Below, piece by piece: positions 61,671 to 64,000 of a stretch of 64,000 nt of DNA. Position 1 is the stretch's first letter; each line of letters begins with the position of its first letter. A program made the translations under genes and the position numbers. This DNA comes from an uncultured Holophagae bacterium (lineage in GTDB: Bacteria; Acidobacteriota; Thermoanaerobaculia; Thermoanaerobaculales; Sulfomarinibacteraceae), in the NCBI GenBank assembly GCA_963797055.1, contig CAWCOD010000005.1:189995-253994 (forward strand), given 5' to 3'. The notes beneath the pieces were generated by a model. The model ran no database searches. It was not told where the DNA came from and saw nothing but the letters and a program-made list of their open reading frames with translations.

Positions 61671-63044
61671 CTAGATTTTCGCCAGTGCCTGATCGAGGTC
61701 GGCGATGGTGTCGTCCGGGTGCTCTGCGCCGACGCACAGCCTCACCATGGTGGGGGAGATCCCGGCGAGCTTGCGCCCCTCCTCGCCCTGTTGCTGGTGG
61801 GTGGAGATCGCCGGGATGGTTGCGACCGATTTGATGCGTCCCAGATCGGTGGCGCGATAGGTTCGTAGGAGTCCGTCGAAGAAGCGGCGAGCGTCGACGG
61901 CATTGCCCTTGATGTCAAAGGACATCAGGTGCCCGAAGGCGGGTGTTCCGTCGTCCACCACGTGCATGTGGCGGGTCGCGAGATCGTGCAACGGGTGGTG
62001 GGGGAGACCCAGATAGTCCACTTTCTCTACCCGAGGATGCTGCGACAGGAATTCGGCCACCGCCATGGTGTTCGCCGACATCTGGGCCACCTTGAGCCGC
62101 AGGGTGCGGACCTCGTTGAGGAGATAGTGGGCGGTGGCCGGACCCATGCACGGCCCGGAGTCGCGGAACGGCCACAGCTTCATCCACAGGGCGTAGTCGG
62201 CCCGTTGCTCGTCGTCAAGATGTTTGGAGATCAGGTCATGGCGGGCGATGATGCCACCGGCGATGGCGTCGCCGCCGGCCCCCGCCGTCTTGGACAGGGA
62301 GTGGACCACGATGTCGGCGCCGTACGCCAGCGGTCGCATCAGCGCCGGAGTCGCGATGGTGGCATCGACGATCAGTGGAATGTCATGAGCGTGCGCGAGA
62401 GCCGCGATGGCGGCGATGTCGAAACAGGCCTGTTGGGGATTTGACGGCATCTCCGCATAGAGAAACCGCGTGTTGTCGTCGATCAGCGGTCCCCAGGCTT
62501 CGATCCGCCACGGTTCGGTCACCCAGCGTACGTTGGCGCCACGCTCGGCCATCCGCAGATTGAAGAGTTGGAAGGTGCCGCCGTAGACCTGAGCGGCCGA
62601 CACGAAGTTGATCGGTTCTTCGCCGGCCGTGCGCTTCGCCAGCAGCGGCTCGGTGGCCTGCTTGATGGCGGCCATGCCCGACGACGTGCACAGCCCGGTG
62701 GCGTCAGTGTCACAGCCGTAAGACTCGAGCAAGGCGAGGGTCTCCTCCAGGTAGAACACGCTCGGGTTGTGGATTCGCGAGTAGCACCACGTTGGGATTT
62801 GATAGGAGAGCGCTGCCTCCATCTCATCCGAGTCGCGGTAGGCCTGGGAGGTCGAGGCGAAGATGGGTTCGATGATGCCGCCCTGTCCGCCGGCAAACGC
62901 CTCCTCCATGCTGTACATGCCGTGCACCGCGATGGTGTCGAATTTGAGCCGGCGGACCCGTGCTCGGTGCGCCGCCCGTGCGGCCATGGCTTCGCGCGCC
63001 TGCTCGATATACCTTTCGACTCCTGATGACGTGGTCGTGGCCAT
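61671..63044 (-). CDS. metY: O-acetylhomoserine/O-succinylhomoserine sulfhydrylase-like PLP enzyme (Cys/Met metabolism family)
   Basis: YSRIHNPS, LIVDATIATPALMRPLAYGADIVVHSLSKTAGAGGD (PLP Lys), VATIPAISTHQQ. Confidence 0.8.
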   Translation of the reverse strand: MATTTSSGVERYIEQAREAMAARAAHRARVRRLKFDTIAVHGMYSMEEAFAGGQGGIIEPIFASTSQAYRDSDEMEAALSYQIPTWCYSRIHNPSVFYLEETLALLESYGCDTDATGLCTSSGMAAIKQATEPLLAKRTAGEEPINFVSAAQVYGGTFQLFNLRMAERGANVRWVTEPWRIEAWGPLIDDNTRFLYAEMPSNPQQACFDIAAIAALAHAHDIPLIVDATIATPALMRPLAYGADIVVHSLSKTAGAGGDAIAGGIIARHDLISKHLDDEQRADYALWMKLWPFRDSGPCMGPATAHYLLNEVRTLRLKVAQMSANTMAVAEFLSQHPRVEKVDYLGLPHHPLHDLATRHMHVVDDGTPAFGHLMSFDIKGNAVDARRFFDGLLRTYRATDLGRIKSVATIPAISTHQQQGEEGRKLAGISPTMVRLCVGAEHPDDTIADLDQALAKI

Positions 63045-63321
63045 AGGACCTCCCTCATGGTATGGGGCCGTCTGATGCCCCTGTTCGGTCAGTGTGAGGC
63101 ACTTTTTAAACCACCAGAGGTGCCACGATCAACTCCCCGAAATTTATTCGAATGTCCAGGATTGGTGGGGCCAAATCCGGAGATTATTCTGTATTTCGCG
63201 CTCAGGTCGCCGATAATACTCTTGCGATCTATTTTCATGTGGCTTTTTCGACAACGGTGTTCTTCGCACACCGCCGATCCATGATCAGATACAATACGAC
63301 GCTGCCGAAGGGAGAACAGAT

Positions 63322-64000
63322 TTGAACCATCTCAACCCAGCCTATGGGGGGACTCTGGTTGATTTGATGGCCGACGCGGCGGCGCGGATCGACCTCCAAA
63401 ATGCCTCGAAGGATTGGCCGTCGCTGGATCTCGGACCTCGCGAACTCAGCGATCTCGAACTGCTCATGGGCGGTGGCTTTTCTCCGCTCACCGGATTCCT
63501 GGGGCGGTCGGACTTCGACGCGGTGTGCTCATCCATGCGGCTGGCCGACGGGACATTGTGGCCCCTGCCCATCACTCTCGGTATCGGAGGTGATCTTGCC
63601 GAGAGCCTCGCCGCCGGGCAGAAGGTGGCGCTGCGTGATCCCGAAGGCGTCATGTTGGCGGTCCTTACGGTGGACGGAGTTTTCAAACCGGACCGCTCCG
63701 CCGAGGCCGCGGCCCTGTTCGGCACCTCGTCCGCGGATGATCCGAGGGTGGAGGCCTTTCTCCGCCACCAATCCCGATGGGCGGTGGCCGGCCCGGTGGT
63801 GGGCGTCCAGCCTCCCGTTCACTATGATTTCAGGGAGCTTCGACTGACGCCCGCGGAGCTGCGTCACAAGTTCGCTCAGCTTGGCTGGCGCCGGGTTCTG
63901 GCCTACCAGACCCACCAGACCATGCACCGCGCACACCAGACCCTGACCCAGGATGCGGCCGGGGCTTTGGGCGCGAATCTGCTGATTCACCCGGCGGTGG
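63322..64000 (+). CDS. sat: Sulfate adenylyltransferase (ATP sulfurylase), partial, runs off the window end
   Basis: Absent from the ORF track (open at the edge). TTG 63322 follows AAGGGAGA. Translation: LNHLNPAYGGTLVDL..LSDLELLMGGGFSPLTGFLGRSDFDAVCSSMRLADGTLWPLPITL...HYDFRELRLTPAELRHKF..VLAYQTHQTMHRAHQTL...LLIHPAV. Confidence 0.8.
   Translation, partial: MNHLNPAYGGTLVDLMADAAARIDLQNASKDWPSLDLGPRELSDLELLMGGGFSPLTGFLGRSDFDAVCSSMRLADGTLWPLPITLGIGGDLAESLAAGQKVALRDPEGVMLAVLTVDGVFKPDRSAEAAALFGTSSADDPRVEAFLRHQSRWAVAGPVVGVQPPVHYDFRELRLTPAELRHKFAQLGWRRVLAYQTHQTMHRAHQTLTQDAAGALGANLLIHPAV

Noticed and set aside
63045-63130. SAM riboswitch in the metY leader (and upstream of metK at 38794-38896)
   Set aside because: There is a small GGCAC...GTGCC hairpin, but I could not recognise the SAM-I four-way junction core or a SAM-II/V pseudoknot consensus by eye. 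This needs cmscan.
1-64000. tRNA or rRNA genes, transposases, integrases, phage or plasmid genes, toxin-antitoxin or known defence systems
   Set aside because: I saw no GTTCGAATC-type T-arm in intergenic sequence, no rRNA-like stretch, and no ORF with transposase, integrase, Cas or restriction-enzyme motifs. The absence rests on visual inspection only.

Overview
GC-rich bacterial chromosomal segment (composition judged by eye, not computed). Gene content and a TIGR03436-like VWFA protein suggest Acidobacteriota (inference). I count about 55 protein-coding genes, mostly housekeeping: polA 5' end, cinA-thpR-plsY-gpsA, thiI, ssb, murJ-dtd, tatA-tatC, rplS-rnhB, nth, metK, trpS, an aroD/aroE fusion, gcdH, aldh-hom-metY and a divergent sat. 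Others include a Hanks kinase, an NRAMP-like transporter, S41 and M50 proteases, a secreted BNR propeller and a secreted PAD-type deiminase. I found no rRNA, tRNA, CRISPR array, transposase or integrase. Two things stand out. (1) Almost every intergenic gap longer than about 100 bp is filled by a modular repeat system. It combines AT-rich 7-8 nt tandem arrays, CCCACCC/GGGTGGG boxes, and a conserved ~150-nt element (7 copies, both orientations). The element's long hairpin keeps pairing through compensatory changes while its loop varies, and a second hairpin cassette (GGTGCCAGGCACC) can replace it in the same scaffold. I cannot match this to any family I know. (2) About twenty reading-frame breaks interrupt otherwise well-conserved genes, and they cluster strongly at 50.6-57.1 kb. 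Either the assembly carries indel errors or that block is decaying. All coordinates and frame-break positions were hand-derived from the sequence and ORF track, so start codons and break points are approximate.
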